Positions 9,576 to 19,500 are shown, counted from the first letter of the stretch. The stretch is DNA of 64,000 bases from Patescibacteria group bacterium UBA926 (GCA_002293685.1 DBDS01000007.1:40140-104139); one strand, 5' to 3'. Translations and numbers: made by a program. Notes: generated by a model not told the origin, from the letters alone.

Positions 9576-9915
9576 AAGATACGATATTTATTTAGTGGGA
9601 TTAGTAGTCTTGCACTTTGTGGTTTTTTTCCGAATTCTTTCTATGATAACAGTCGGTAGTGCTTTGCAAATGATGAGTATTGAAAATGGATTTGGATATA
9701 TGATGATAGCCATTTTTGTAGCCATTTTTTCTTTAAGTTTTTTCAATCTATCGCACATGTTTAGGATTACAACAAAGCCGAGCGGGGAGAATAGCTCGGC
9801 AGAAGTTTCGCAGTTACACGGAACCGCTCAAAGATTTTTGATCATCCTGTTAATCTACTTATTCCTTGAATGTATTCAAGCGCTTCATTACATGGGCGAA
9901 ATAGGTTCTGTGTAA
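9565..9915 (+). CDS. Hypothetical small membrane protein.
   Basis: 116 aa with three predicted transmembrane helices. Confidence 0.35.
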   Translation: MEVKRYDIYLVGLVVLHFVVFFRILSMITVGSALQMMSIENGFGYMMIAIFVAIFSLSFFNLSHMFRITTKPSGENSSAEVSQLHGTAQRFLIILLIYLFLECIQALHYMGEIGSV

Positions 9916-10112
9916 ATACCAAAACACCGCCATGAGGCGGTGTTTTGGTATTGGTAGAGGTCGTCTGAACGGCTGGAAAACTTATTTGGCTTTAATAAGA
10001 GAGCTGTATTTATGCCTGACGCGGATGGGTCCCTTGCAGGGTTGAAAACCCAATTAATCTTAAATCGGCAGATTCATGATATAATTTTATCGTAATATTA
10101 AAATTACCAAAT

Positions 10113-10820
10113 ATGCAGAAGGTGGCTTACGGAATCCTATTCTTCATAATAGGGTTGATTGGTTCGATTATACTCTTGCTAATAGTTAGCAACAAGTTGG
10201 ATACAAATTTGGGAGATATTCCATTTTTCATACTATCCTTTGTAGGTGCAATTCTGTTCTCAATTGTTGGCATAAAAAATACAGGTTATAAAGAAAGTAT
10301 TCATGCTAACATGGCATTTACAATCTTGGGAATATTATTAGGAATAATAGTCTCCTCCTTAATTGCGAACTTAATCTATGGTTCGTTTCCAAGTGTTATT
10401 GATAAGTATCCGTATTTTTATTTTGGTTTACTATTGCTGATTTGGGTGTTAGGTGCTTTGCTTGGCCATTGGGTGGGCAATCAGTATAATGCTATAAAAT
10501 TGGAACAAGGTGTTCAAAAGCAAAGTAAATTATCTAAATTCTTTTCTTATTATGTTTTTTCAGCAAAAAGGGTTGAAGGTAACTACATAATCTACGAAGT
10601 TGATACTAAACGCTATCGTCAATTCACTATTATGCTTTTAATAGTTGGGGTGACACAATATTTTGCGGGGATTAAGTATGTTTGGTTCACTGTATTGGTT
10701 ATAATTATTGATTTAAGTATCGGAAGTGTTACAAAACTGAACGATAGCTTAAGGGCTATTTCCAGGAAGAAAATAGTCAAAGAGAATGGCATTATAGAAT
10801 ACTGGTACGAAGTCGAGTAA
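10113..10820 (+). CDS. Hypothetical membrane protein.
   Basis: 235 aa with four N-terminal transmembrane helices. Two more transmembrane helices lie in the C-terminal half. Confidence 0.45.
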   Translation: MQKVAYGILFFIIGLIGSIILLLIVSNKLDTNLGDIPFFILSFVGAILFSIVGIKNTGYKESIHANMAFTILGILLGIIVSSLIANLIYGSFPSVIDKYPYFYFGLLLLIWVLGALLGHWVGNQYNAIKLEQGVQKQSKLSKFFSYYVFSAKRVEGNYIIYEVDTKRYRQFTIMLLIVGVTQYFAGIKYVWFTVLVIIIDLSIGSVTKLNDSLRAISRKKIVKENGIIEYWYEVE

Positions 10821-10942
10821 AGTAATCAAGTCAGAAAAGTTTTCATTCTCTTTTGGTCTACTCGAAATTGCCGTTTTGGAAAACTAATCCTTGACCAATA
10901 AAACCAAACTAAAAACCCCATTCTGGGGAATGAGGTTGTTAG

Positions 10943-10961
10943 TGGTAGCGCTACGGGGAAT
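10943..10961 (-). repeat. 19 bp direct repeat of the tRNA-Glu 3' end. Candidate att site remnant and left boundary of the island.
   Basis: TGGTAGCGCTACGGGGAAT is identical to 31811-31829, the 3'-terminal 19 nt of the tRNA on the minus strand. The flanks diverge immediately afterwards. Confidence 0.55.
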
Positions 10962-11289
10962 TCCGCCTCACCGCGCTGCTGCGCGGCTCGTTGTTCGGGG
11001 TTGCGAGAAACTGCTCCCAGCAGTTTCTCGATCGCTCGGTTTCAGTTTTCTCTGCTAGATACAACTTCACCTCGCTTCAACCCGTTCGATTCCTCTATAC
11101 CAATACCATAATAAAAACCCGAAGCAAGTTCGAGTTTTTATTATGGTAGTGATACCGCGTCTAGAACTGCCCAGATGGGGGAATTACAAGGGGTTTCAAG
11201 CATTCCCAGTATGGACGCTGCGACGCATCCGAGTCTGCCGTATAAATGCTACAAATGAGACATTATAAAAGCTATATAAGACTGTCTCA

Positions 11290-13503
11290 TTATATAATTT
11301 TTAAGCATTCGAAGAATTCGACAAGTATTGCTTTGATATCACCATCTGAAGCGGTTGAAGTGTTGTCATGAAGTTCAATTTGAAGGCTATCACATAATCT
11401 AATAAATCTTGTTTTCTTCGCAGGATCCCCATCGAATACCTTTATAGAAAATGTACGAACACTTTTTCTTTGAGCCAATTCGTCTTTTATATCGAAGTAG
11501 TACTTCCTTTTAAATATATTTTCTAAAATTATACGACAGTCATCTGCATATTTTTGATCAAAGCTTTCGTTAGCTAAAATATTTTGGACACGTTTTAGTC
11601 GATCAATAATATCATCATCTGGAAAATCTTGATCAATATCACAATATTCTATTTCGCTTTGTTTTGTGCCATCCGATATTTTTGAAGAGATTTTTAAAGT
11701 CTGAGCATTAGATAGTTCGGGGAGTTTTTTAAAATCCTTATAGAATTCTTTTTCATGAGTCAGAATAATCTTTTGTTTAGGTGTGTCAGTTCCATTAGAA
11801 ACGTCTGCTATAAAATGAATGGTTTTCATTTTTCTTTCTCTGTCAAAGCTTGAAAGAGGATCATCGAAAACTACAATCTTATTTTTTAGATCTTGATCAT
11901 GGCTTAAGATGGATAAGAAGAATGCAAAGGCTAAAAGACGCTTATCGCTTTCACTGAATGTGTTATGAAAGGATGGGGAATCTTCAGTGTCACCGTCTAT
12001 TGTGATTGAATGTTCGTTGAAGAATCGAATGGCGAAGATTCTTTCTTTTTGGTTACGCAATTTCTTTAGGGGTACAAAATCGATTATTTCGAAATCTGCA
12101 CCAAGTTGGGAACAAAATGAATTAATAGTACCTTTATGTTCACTAAAGATTGTAGTTGAGTATTCTTCCAGTTCTTTTCTTTGGAGATCGCGCTTGTAAC
12201 GCAACTCATTAGCTGTTTTCTCTATTTGTGCGCTACTGTCAAAGAATTCTACCCACTCTGGTTCGAATCTCTTTTTAATATTTTCTAAATCAATCTTTTC
12301 GTCCCGAAGTTGTTTTATATCTATGGCGCCAGGCTCCGCTACACTTGCTTGCAAGTTTTTTATGTCTCCTAAAATTCTACTGAATTCGCTCTTGATGAGA
12401 ACAAAGTCAGGATTTTCTGCGCAATTCACAATCAAATTTAAGTTTTTTTGTTTAGCCTCAACTATAAGGTCGAATCTTTTTTTAGCAGAGACTATCTCTT
12501 GTTTTTGGGTTTCGGTGATATTTAAGGTGACGCCAATTTGTTTAAACTCAGTAATAGTTTTATCCAGCACACTTTCTATATCCCATCTAAGAAAGCTATT
12601 ACCCGTAGTTTCTATCTCATTTCTTAATGCTTCATATTCTTCACGAAATAGCTCCTTGTATGATTTAATTAAATCTTGTGCTTCGCTTAAAAGCGCTTGT
12701 CCACAAAAAACACAATTTGTTGCATTCTCACCCAATAGCTCAACTCCTTCTTTCAAAAATTGTTGCGAGTGGAATTTGTCTTTCCAGTGTTTTGATATAT
12801 GCTCTTCTACTGCATCTTGTTTAGCATCAAAAGTCTTATCAAAAGTAGTTTCATAAGAGATGAAGTCGGTATTAAAAACATTGTTCCTGACTAAGTTGTT
12901 AAATTGAACCTGTTCGTCGAAAAATTTGATTTTTTCGTCTAAGACTTTAATATGTTCATCAATATCAGGGTCGTTCTCAACAGCACCCAATTTCTTAAAA
13001 TCTGCTCCTGGAAAGCTTCTAGAAAATTCTGTAGTTTTAGCACTTTTCTGTGCGGTTAATTTATCAGATTCTATCTGTAGATCGTTGATCTGTTTCTGAA
13101 GCAATTTACCTCGTTCGCCAATAATAATTTCATTTAAGTTTTTTTGATGCTCAAAAGAAATCTGTTCGCCATCAAATATATTTTCAGCTATAAATTTAGT
13201 ATCAAAAATATGGATGTCTCTGTTCTGATTATTCCATTTTCCATTTTGAAAAAGATATGAGGTTTTTATTCCCCCATCTTCAAAGTCTAAAGATATTTTT
13301 TGATCATCCGTTGATCCAAAACTTCTCCTGCTGATGACTAAATTTCCGACCCCAGTCTTGAGAGAGCGGAGGATGGCAGTAAAGGTGCTTTTGCCACAAG
13401 TATTGTGAGCAAATATCAAAGTATTTATACCAAACTCCTGACCAGGCGGATGACTGTCTCTAAATTTCCCTACATTTTTTATGTTTTGAATTCTTTTAAG
13501 CAT
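11290..13503 (-). CDS. RloC-like ABC-type ATPase with a long coiled-coil insert carrying a CxxC zinc hook. Candidate anticodon-nuclease or abortive-infection defence protein.
   Basis: Walker A (NTLIFAHNTCGKSTF) near the N-terminus. A coiled-coil region of about 500 aa contains CVFCGQ, a Rad50-like hook. Walker B/D-loop (KIVVFDDPLSSFD) lies near residue 545, followed by a C-terminal domain of about 190 aa. This architecture matches the RloC/PrrC family. Confidence 0.45.
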   Translation of the reverse strand: MLKRIQNIKNVGKFRDSHPPGQEFGINTLIFAHNTCGKSTFTAILRSLKTGVGNLVISRRSFGSTDDQKISLDFEDGGIKTSYLFQNGKWNNQNRDIHIFDTKFIAENIFDGEQISFEHQKNLNEIIIGERGKLLQKQINDLQIESDKLTAQKSAKTTEFSRSFPGADFKKLGAVENDPDIDEHIKVLDEKIKFFDEQVQFNNLVRNNVFNTDFISYETTFDKTFDAKQDAVEEHISKHWKDKFHSQQFLKEGVELLGENATNCVFCGQALLSEAQDLIKSYKELFREEYEALRNEIETTGNSFLRWDIESVLDKTITEFKQIGVTLNITETQKQEIVSAKKRFDLIVEAKQKNLNLIVNCAENPDFVLIKSEFSRILGDIKNLQASVAEPGAIDIKQLRDEKIDLENIKKRFEPEWVEFFDSSAQIEKTANELRYKRDLQRKELEEYSTTIFSEHKGTINSFCSQLGADFEIIDFVPLKKLRNQKERIFAIRFFNEHSITIDGDTEDSPSFHNTFSESDKRLLAFAFFLSILSHDQDLKNKIVVFDDPLSSFDRERKMKTIHFIADVSNGTDTPKQKIILTHEKEFYKDFKKLPELSNAQTLKISSKISDGTKQSEIEYCDIDQDFPDDDIIDRLKRVQNILANESFDQKYADDCRIILENIFKRKYYFDIKDELAQRKSVRTFSIKVFDGDPAKKTRFIRLCDSLQIELHDNTSTASDGDIKAILVEFFECLKII

Positions 13504-13598
13504 TGGTCAGGGTTAAATTAAGCTTATTTTAGCACTTTTATGTACTTCTGAATAGATTACATAAGTTCAAATAATAAGGTAAAATAAAGACAATATAT

Positions 13599-14204
13599 AT
13601 GAACAAAAAAGTAAAAAAGCCAGAATTTACATATCCTTTTAACGATAAAGAGCATGAAGAATCTCTTAAGTTTTTAGATATTCGTAGAATGAATATGGTA
13701 AGTCAACGTGGTTCTAAAGTCGAACTAACGGAAACCATGTATCACAGTAGTAAATATCACAAACTTGAGCTGAAAGAAACAATTTACATAAAGAAAAGTG
13801 AAAGTAAGAATTTAGGCGAAATTTTATATCTCCGTCCCCATAATCAAGTAAAGGGTCAAAAATACTTAGTGTTTGCAGTAAATATCAAGAAGGATGGTAA
13901 AGTATATTTTGCTCGAGAAACAATTCTTGAGAAAGTGGCAGAGTTCTCTAATGACCAATGGATGATCATAAAGACGTTTTATGAATCAAAAAACGTTTCG
14001 CTAAAGGACGCACTAGAAATTATTAGCCGCCATACAGGTGGGGTATATAATACCACCGGATCGCTGAGGTCAACTATTAATAAGATCAACCGTAAAATAA
14101 AGAGTGCATTCAAGTTAACAGAAAACGATAAAATGATAAGTGGTGAACAAGGCAGTGGTTACTCTTTTAATTCACATATCCGCTTAAATGTAATTGAAGA
14201 TTAA
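13599..14204 (+). CDS. Hypothetical protein, divergently transcribed from the ATPase gene.
   Basis: 201 aa. No recognisable motif. Possible C-terminal DNA-binding region. Confidence 0.45.
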   Translation: MNKKVKKPEFTYPFNDKEHEESLKFLDIRRMNMVSQRGSKVELTETMYHSSKYHKLELKETIYIKKSESKNLGEILYLRPHNQVKGQKYLVFAVNIKKDGKVYFARETILEKVAEFSNDQWMIIKTFYESKNVSLKDALEIISRHTGGVYNTTGSLRSTINKINRKIKSAFKLTENDKMISGEQGSGYSFNSHIRLNVIED

Positions 14205-14359
14205 TACTAATTAGGTGTAGTGGATAAATCTTCTTAAAAGCCTTATTTTAAAGGCTTTTTTGTTTGTTTTAATTTTTCTGGTTGCACGTTTCAATAACGT
14301 GCTTTTTGGTTATGCTGAATTTGATAAAGCTATCTACATTATTAATTAAAATAAATTTT

Positions 14360-15637
14360 ATGAGCAAGAAAATAATTTGGCATACGGAAAAGAGAGTAGT
14401 GAAAGACCTTATTCGATACGAGAAAAACCCGCGTAAACTTTCGTCCTCACAACTTGAAGGCTTGAAACGCAGTCTTAAGAAATTTGATGTTGCAGAGTTA
14501 CCATGTATTAACACTGACGGAACATTAGTAGTAGGGAATCAGCGCGTAATGGTGCTATCGCTTCTTGGGCGGGAAAATGAAGAAATAGAAGTGAGAGTCC
14601 CAAACAGATTACTCTCGGAAGCAGAATTTAAGGACTACCTTCTTACATCGAATCGCAGTGGCGGCACGTTTGACTACGAAAAACTTGCTGCGGATTTTGA
14701 TCTAGAAGAACTATTAACAGCAGGTTTTGATTCGTTAGATTTAAGTAATATCTTTGACGATAATCTGGAAATCAACGATGACGAATTCGATGAAGTCCGT
14801 GAGCTTGAGAAAGCAAAAACTACTGATATAAAGATTGGTAACATGTTTAGGCTAGGTAGGCATTTCTTAATCTGTGGAGATGCCCTTGATCCTAATACTG
14901 TTAAAAAACTCATGGGAGATGCTCGTGCCGACCTTATCGACACAGATTTGCCATACAATATAGGACTCTCCTATGATCGTGGTGTAAGTAACCACCGAAG
15001 CTTCGGCGGTTCTACAGACGATAGTAAACCTGACGAGCAGTACAAACAGTTCGTTAAAACGATTATGCAAAATTCATTATCTGTTGCTAAGAAAGATGCG
15101 CATTGCGCATGGTGGTGCGATGAACGATATGTCTATATTTTTCAGCAAATCTATAAAGAGCTTGGTATTGATTCCAAACGGCTTCTTATCTGGGTAAAGA
15201 ATAATCAATCGGTTACTCCTAAGAACGCATTTAATAAGATTACAGAGTTTGCAGTGTATGGCACTATCGGCAAGCCTTGGCTGAATGACAAAGTAAGAAA
15301 CTTGCACGAGGTTCAAAACAAAGAAATAACTACCGGCAATCGAGTTATCGAAGACATTCTTGATCTTATAAATATCTGGTTGGTTAAAAGAATACCAGGT
15401 TCAGAGATGGATCACCCAACAGAAAAAAGTCCGACTATTCACGAAAAGATTCTGCGCCGTTGTACTCGTCCTGGAGACATTGTTTTAGATATGACTGCAG
15501 GATCTGGAAGTATACTATCGGCTTGTGAGCAATTAAAACGAACTGCTTACGTGTGCGATTATGAACCTATTTTCTGTCAGTTAATAATTAATAGATTTAA
15601 ACAAATATCAAATGAAAAAGTTATCAAGCTCAATTAA
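14360..15637 (+). CDS. ParB-like nuclease domain fused to an N6-adenine/N4-cytosine DNA methyltransferase (phage-type).
   Basis: N-terminal ParB/Srx box (EKNPRKLSSSQLEGLKRSLKKF). Methyltransferase motif IV variant DLPYN and motif I (DMTAGSGS). The first Met at 14360 is the preferred start. Confidence 0.7.
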   Translation: MSKKIIWHTEKRVVKDLIRYEKNPRKLSSSQLEGLKRSLKKFDVAELPCINTDGTLVVGNQRVMVLSLLGRENEEIEVRVPNRLLSEAEFKDYLLTSNRSGGTFDYEKLAADFDLEELLTAGFDSLDLSNIFDDNLEINDDEFDEVRELEKAKTTDIKIGNMFRLGRHFLICGDALDPNTVKKLMGDARADLIDTDLPYNIGLSYDRGVSNHRSFGGSTDDSKPDEQYKQFVKTIMQNSLSVAKKDAHCAWWCDERYVYIFQQIYKELGIDSKRLLIWVKNNQSVTPKNAFNKITEFAVYGTIGKPWLNDKVRNLHEVQNKEITTGNRVIEDILDLINIWLVKRIPGSEMDHPTEKSPTIHEKILRRCTRPGDIVLDMTAGSGSILSACEQLKRTAYVCDYEPIFCQLIINRFKQISNEKVIKLN

Positions 15638-16370
15638 ACTTGGAAACACTTTTCGCTTAGGGTCGCACTTGCTGTTTTGCGGCGATTCTCGAAATAAAGA
15701 AATGGTTGCAAAGCTTATTGGCAAATATAAAATCAAAGCAGTTATCACTGATCCTCCCTACGGTGTTGCAGTCACGGAAAGCAAGGAAAAATTCCAAGCC
15801 CTCTCTAAAAATAAACCCATTCTAAACGATCACTTGCAGAGTGATGAAGAGTACCAAGTCTTTAGCCGTGAATGGATTGAAGTTATAACCCCATACCTTG
15901 AACTTAAAAATAGCTTCTACATTTTTAACTCAGATAAAATGGTTTTTGCTTTACGCGAAGGTATGTTAAACGCAGGTATTAAACTTGCGCAGCTTCTAGT
16001 CTGGGTAAAAACCCAAGCAGTTATTGGAAGAATGGATTATGCACCTCAGCATGAATTAATTGCATATGGATGGCTTGGTGTGCATGAGTTTCTTAAATCT
16101 AAAGATAAAAGTGTACTAGTATGTCCGAAACCAAACAAAAGTAATATGCATCCTTCTACTAAACCTTTAGATTTGATCCGTAGACTTATCCTTAATAGCA
16201 CTCGCATTGGCGATATAGTCTTTGACGGCTTTCTTGGGAGTGGCACTACCTTGCTTGCCTGCGAACAGACAAAGCGAATCTGTATCGGTGTAGAAATGGA
16301 TACCGAGTATTGCCAAACTATAATAGATAGGTTTGAAAAATTAACTGGCGTAAAAGCAGAAAAGTTATGA
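15612..16370 (+). CDS. N6-adenine/N4-cytosine DNA methyltransferase, beta class.
   Basis: Motif IV DPPY (VITDPPYGVAV) precedes motif I FLGSGTT (DGFLGSGTTLLACEQ). Confidence 0.8.
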   Translation: MKKLSSSIKLGNTFRLGSHLLFCGDSRNKEMVAKLIGKYKIKAVITDPPYGVAVTESKEKFQALSKNKPILNDHLQSDEEYQVFSREWIEVITPYLELKNSFYIFNSDKMVFALREGMLNAGIKLAQLLVWVKTQAVIGRMDYAPQHELIAYGWLGVHEFLKSKDKSVLVCPKPNKSNMHPSTKPLDLIRRLILNSTRIGDIVFDGFLGSGTTLLACEQTKRICIGVEMDTEYCQTIIDRFEKLTGVKAEKL

Positions 16371-16804
16371 GTAGGAAAGACACTATTAAGCAGCGGCAGA
16401 ACAAACTCAAAGAAGCATTTCTGACTCAGCTTAAACGTTCACCGACCATTGAAACATCTTGTCAGAAAATCGGCATTGCTAGAGCCACAGTCTATCGCTG
16501 GATAACTGCCAGTGAAAAATTTGAGCGGCAAGTTGATAAGGCTCTACATGAAGGTCGAACGTTTATGTCAGACATTGCCGAAAATCAACTCTTCTCCCTT
16601 ATTAGTGATAAGAAAATTGAAGCAATTAGGCTTTTCCTTTCTACACATAATCCTCGCTATAGTAATAAGCTTGAATTATCCGGATCAGTCGCAGCTAAAG
16701 ATGAAAAGCTCACCAAAGAACAGAAGAAATTGATTCGCGCTGCTCTCAAACTTTCCTCTCTAAACAAACATGAAAACAAAAGTAGAAAAAATAAACAGCC
16801 TTGA
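16367..16804 (+). CDS. Small HTH protein, putative terminase small subunit.
   Basis: HTH (IGIARATVYRWI). 145 aa. Immediately upstream of, and overlapping, the TerL gene. Confidence 0.4.
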   Translation: MSRKDTIKQRQNKLKEAFLTQLKRSPTIETSCQKIGIARATVYRWITASEKFERQVDKALHEGRTFMSDIAENQLFSLISDKKIEAIRLFLSTHNPRYSNKLELSGSVAAKDEKLTKEQKKLIRAALKLSSLNKHENKSRKNKQP

Positions 16805-18233
16805 GTCAGTATTAGAAAAAATCTTGGTTGATAAAACTGTTCGTACTAATACTGTTACGAAAAGTCTTGAATACTTTTTCCCTATTTACTTTCATCGGTA
16901 TATGGAATACGAGACTGCGCCTTTTCATGAAGATATGTTTCGTATTCTTGAAGATGACCAGATTAAACTGGCAGTTATTGTGGCCTTTAGGGGATCAGCT
17001 AAATCAACTATCATTACTACTGCCTATGTCTTGTGGTCTATTTTAGGTGTGCAGCAACGGAAGTTCATCGTCATTTGCGGACAGACCGAGCAAAAGGCTC
17101 GCCAGTATTTGTTAAACATAAAAAATCAACTACTGCACAATGAACTACTACGAAAAGATCTTGGTCCCTTTGAAGAAGAAAAGAATAACTTAGGTAATGC
17201 AACAGCTTTAATTATCAAAAGATTGAATGTCAAAATAATGATTAGTTCGGTTGAGCAAAGCATTCGCGGAATGAGACATGATGAGCATCGCCCTGACCTT
17301 ATTATTTTAGATGACATTGAAGACATTAATTCAGTGAAGACCCGCGAAGGCAGAGATAAGGCATTTAACTGGCTCACTGGCGAAGTGATTCCTGCGGGTA
17401 GCAAACGCACTCGCATCATTGCAGTTGGTAATTTGTTGCATGAAGATTCAGTCTTAAAGAGGTTGCAGAAAAAAATTGAAGGCGGTGAAATGGAGCGAAT
17501 GCGGGGCGTGTATCGAGAATATCCTATTGTCGATGCCAAAGGAAATGCACTCTGGCCAGGAAAATATCCGACTGCTGAAGATGTAGAAATGGAGCGAGAG
17601 AAAACTATGAACGAAGTGGCATGGTATAGAGAATATATGCTGCAGATTATTACGACCGATGAACAAATAGTAATACCTGAATGGATTCACTTTTATGACA
17701 ACATGCCAGCTGATGGACTACGCAGTATTTGTATCGGTGTAGATCTTGCTGTCAGTGAAAAGAGTTCAGCTGACTGTACTGCCATAGTTGTTGGGTATGT
17801 ATTCGGTACAGGTAAAAACTTGAAGATATATATTCAAGAACACCCGTATAATAAGCGGTCGTCGTTTCCCGTTCATGCAGAATATATTAAAGGACTAGTA
17901 GCTAGAGAAAAAATGATGCATTCTCGAGTGAAGTTATATATTGAAGATGTAGGGTATCAAAAAGCTCTCATTCAATATTTTGAAAGCAAGAAATACGATG
18001 TTGAAGGCGTGCCAACCGGCAGAACAGACAAAGCAGCAAGACTTCGCCTAACTACTCCACTACTTAAAGATGCTAGAGTCTTATTCCCTGAAAAAGGTGC
18101 CGAGGAGTTAATTGATCAGCTACTAGGTTTTGGGAAAGAAAAACATGATGACCTGGCAGATGCATTTGCCATATTAGCTTTGAAGATTATTGAGAATAAT
18201 CCTATCCAATCTACAGGGATTCTTATTGGGTAA
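16770..18233 (+). CDS. Phage terminase large subunit (ATPase plus RNaseH-like nuclease).
   Basis: Walker A-like FRGSAKST. Walker B LIILDDIED. C-terminal nuclease acidic residues (DLADAF). 487 aa. Confidence 0.7.
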   Translation: MKTKVEKINSLESVLEKILVDKTVRTNTVTKSLEYFFPIYFHRYMEYETAPFHEDMFRILEDDQIKLAVIVAFRGSAKSTIITTAYVLWSILGVQQRKFIVICGQTEQKARQYLLNIKNQLLHNELLRKDLGPFEEEKNNLGNATALIIKRLNVKIMISSVEQSIRGMRHDEHRPDLIILDDIEDINSVKTREGRDKAFNWLTGEVIPAGSKRTRIIAVGNLLHEDSVLKRLQKKIEGGEMERMRGVYREYPIVDAKGNALWPGKYPTAEDVEMEREKTMNEVAWYREYMLQIITTDEQIVIPEWIHFYDNMPADGLRSICIGVDLAVSEKSSADCTAIVVGYVFGTGKNLKIYIQEHPYNKRSSFPVHAEYIKGLVAREKMMHSRVKLYIEDVGYQKALIQYFESKKYDVEGVPTGRTDKAARLRLTTPLLKDARVLFPEKGAEELIDQLLGFGKEKHDDLADAFAILALKIIENNPIQSTGILIG

Positions 18234-18555
18234 ATATTTTAAATTTTAGCTGGACTTTATAAGAGTTCAGCGGTACTGTTGTCCTTATGAATAATTAGAC
18301 ACAGAAAGGAGCTTGTAGAGAAAAACGTTGATTCTTAAGGAGAAAATCCGTATAATAATAGTAACAATTTATTAAGTAGCCTAAACCGTTTTTATTGGCG
18401 GCATGGTGAAAAGCCCCATGGAAAATACTGAACCCTGCGTTCAGCGTCCTTCCATGGGCCATATCGGGAAACTGATATGGAAGCTTCGGCTTCAGCTGGC
18501 GTGGGGCTTTGTGTTATACAAAGCGTGAAGCCAGCAGAAAGACCCATGGAAAACA

Positions 18556-19500
18556 ATGAAACAATGTCCTTATTGCGCTGAAGAGGTGCAAGAAGCAGCG
18601 ATTGTCTGCAAACACTGCAAGAGAAGTTTATCAACCGCACCTTCTCCTGTAGTAAACCCTAATGTGCAAACCACTGGTACGGATTGGCTAAATATATTTA
18701 AATGGATTGGTATTGTCATACTGATAATCATGGCAATCCCTTTGTGGTTCATAAGTATCCCCACTCTTATTGGTTGGTACTTATTCAAGAAGAAGAAAAA
18801 CAAATTCAGCAAACGCACAAATATACTTATTACCGTAGGGGCGTTTGTAATATTTATTGTATTGTTCAGTGTTAATGAACACTCTAATAAACCACCAGAA
18901 ATAACTATTATAGAGCCGCAAGAACAATCTAGCGTACAAGCTGAGTCAGTAATCGTTAAAGGTACTGTTAACCCTGTAGATAGCACAATTAGCGTTAATG
19001 GGATTATTATCCCAATGGATAATGGAAACTTTACCTATGAGCTAGCTCTGAATGACGAAAGCAATACCGTCAATTTTATAGCAGCGCGAGAAGATAAAAC
19101 TACAGAAAAAACATTTGTAGTAAACCGGGTATTTACACCTGAAGAAATAGCAGCAAGAGAAGCTAAAAAACAGGCAGAGCTTGAAGCACAGAAGAAAGCT
19201 CAGGCAGAGGCTGAGGCTAAAGCTGTTGCCGAACAAGCTGCATATGACAGAAGTAAAGCAGGTCAGCTTTGCAAGCAACATATTGATTGGACTAAAGAAG
19301 ATTGCCAAAGAGTTGCTGACCGAAAAATTTGGGTTGGCATGACGTATGACATGCTAATTGCCTCTTACGGTGGTAAGCCAAGAAGTGCTAACCCTTCAAA
19401 CTACGGAGGCAAAACTCAGTGGCAATGGTGTTTTGATACCCTGAGCCCATCATGTTTTTACGACAACAATGATGATGGCATAATTGATAGCTATAACTAA
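18556..19500 (+). CDS. Zinc-ribbon membrane protein with an extracytoplasmic Ig-like region, a coiled coil and a Cys-containing C-terminal domain.
   Basis: N-terminal CPYC...CKHC zinc ribbon, two transmembrane helices, coiled coil EAKKQAELEAQKKAQAEAEAK, four C-terminal Cys. Confidence 0.5.
   Translation: MKQCPYCAEEVQEAAIVCKHCKRSLSTAPSPVVNPNVQTTGTDWLNIFKWIGIVILIIMAIPLWFISIPTLIGWYLFKKKKNKFSKRTNILITVGAFVIFIVLFSVNEHSNKPPEITIIEPQEQSSVQAESVIVKGTVNPVDSTISVNGIIIPMDNGNFTYELALNDESNTVNFIAAREDKTTEKTFVVNRVFTPEEIAAREAKKQAELEAQKKAQAEAEAKAVAEQAAYDRSKAGQLCKQHIDWTKEDCQRVADRKIWVGMTYDMLIASYGGKPRSANPSNYGGKTQWQWCFDTLSPSCFYDNNDDGIIDSYN

Noticed and set aside
10943-10961. A second tRNA gene at the left island boundary.
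   Set aside because: Only the 3'-terminal 19 nt match the tRNA-Glu. Upstream sequence cannot form D or anticodon arms. It is treated as an att or duplication remnant.
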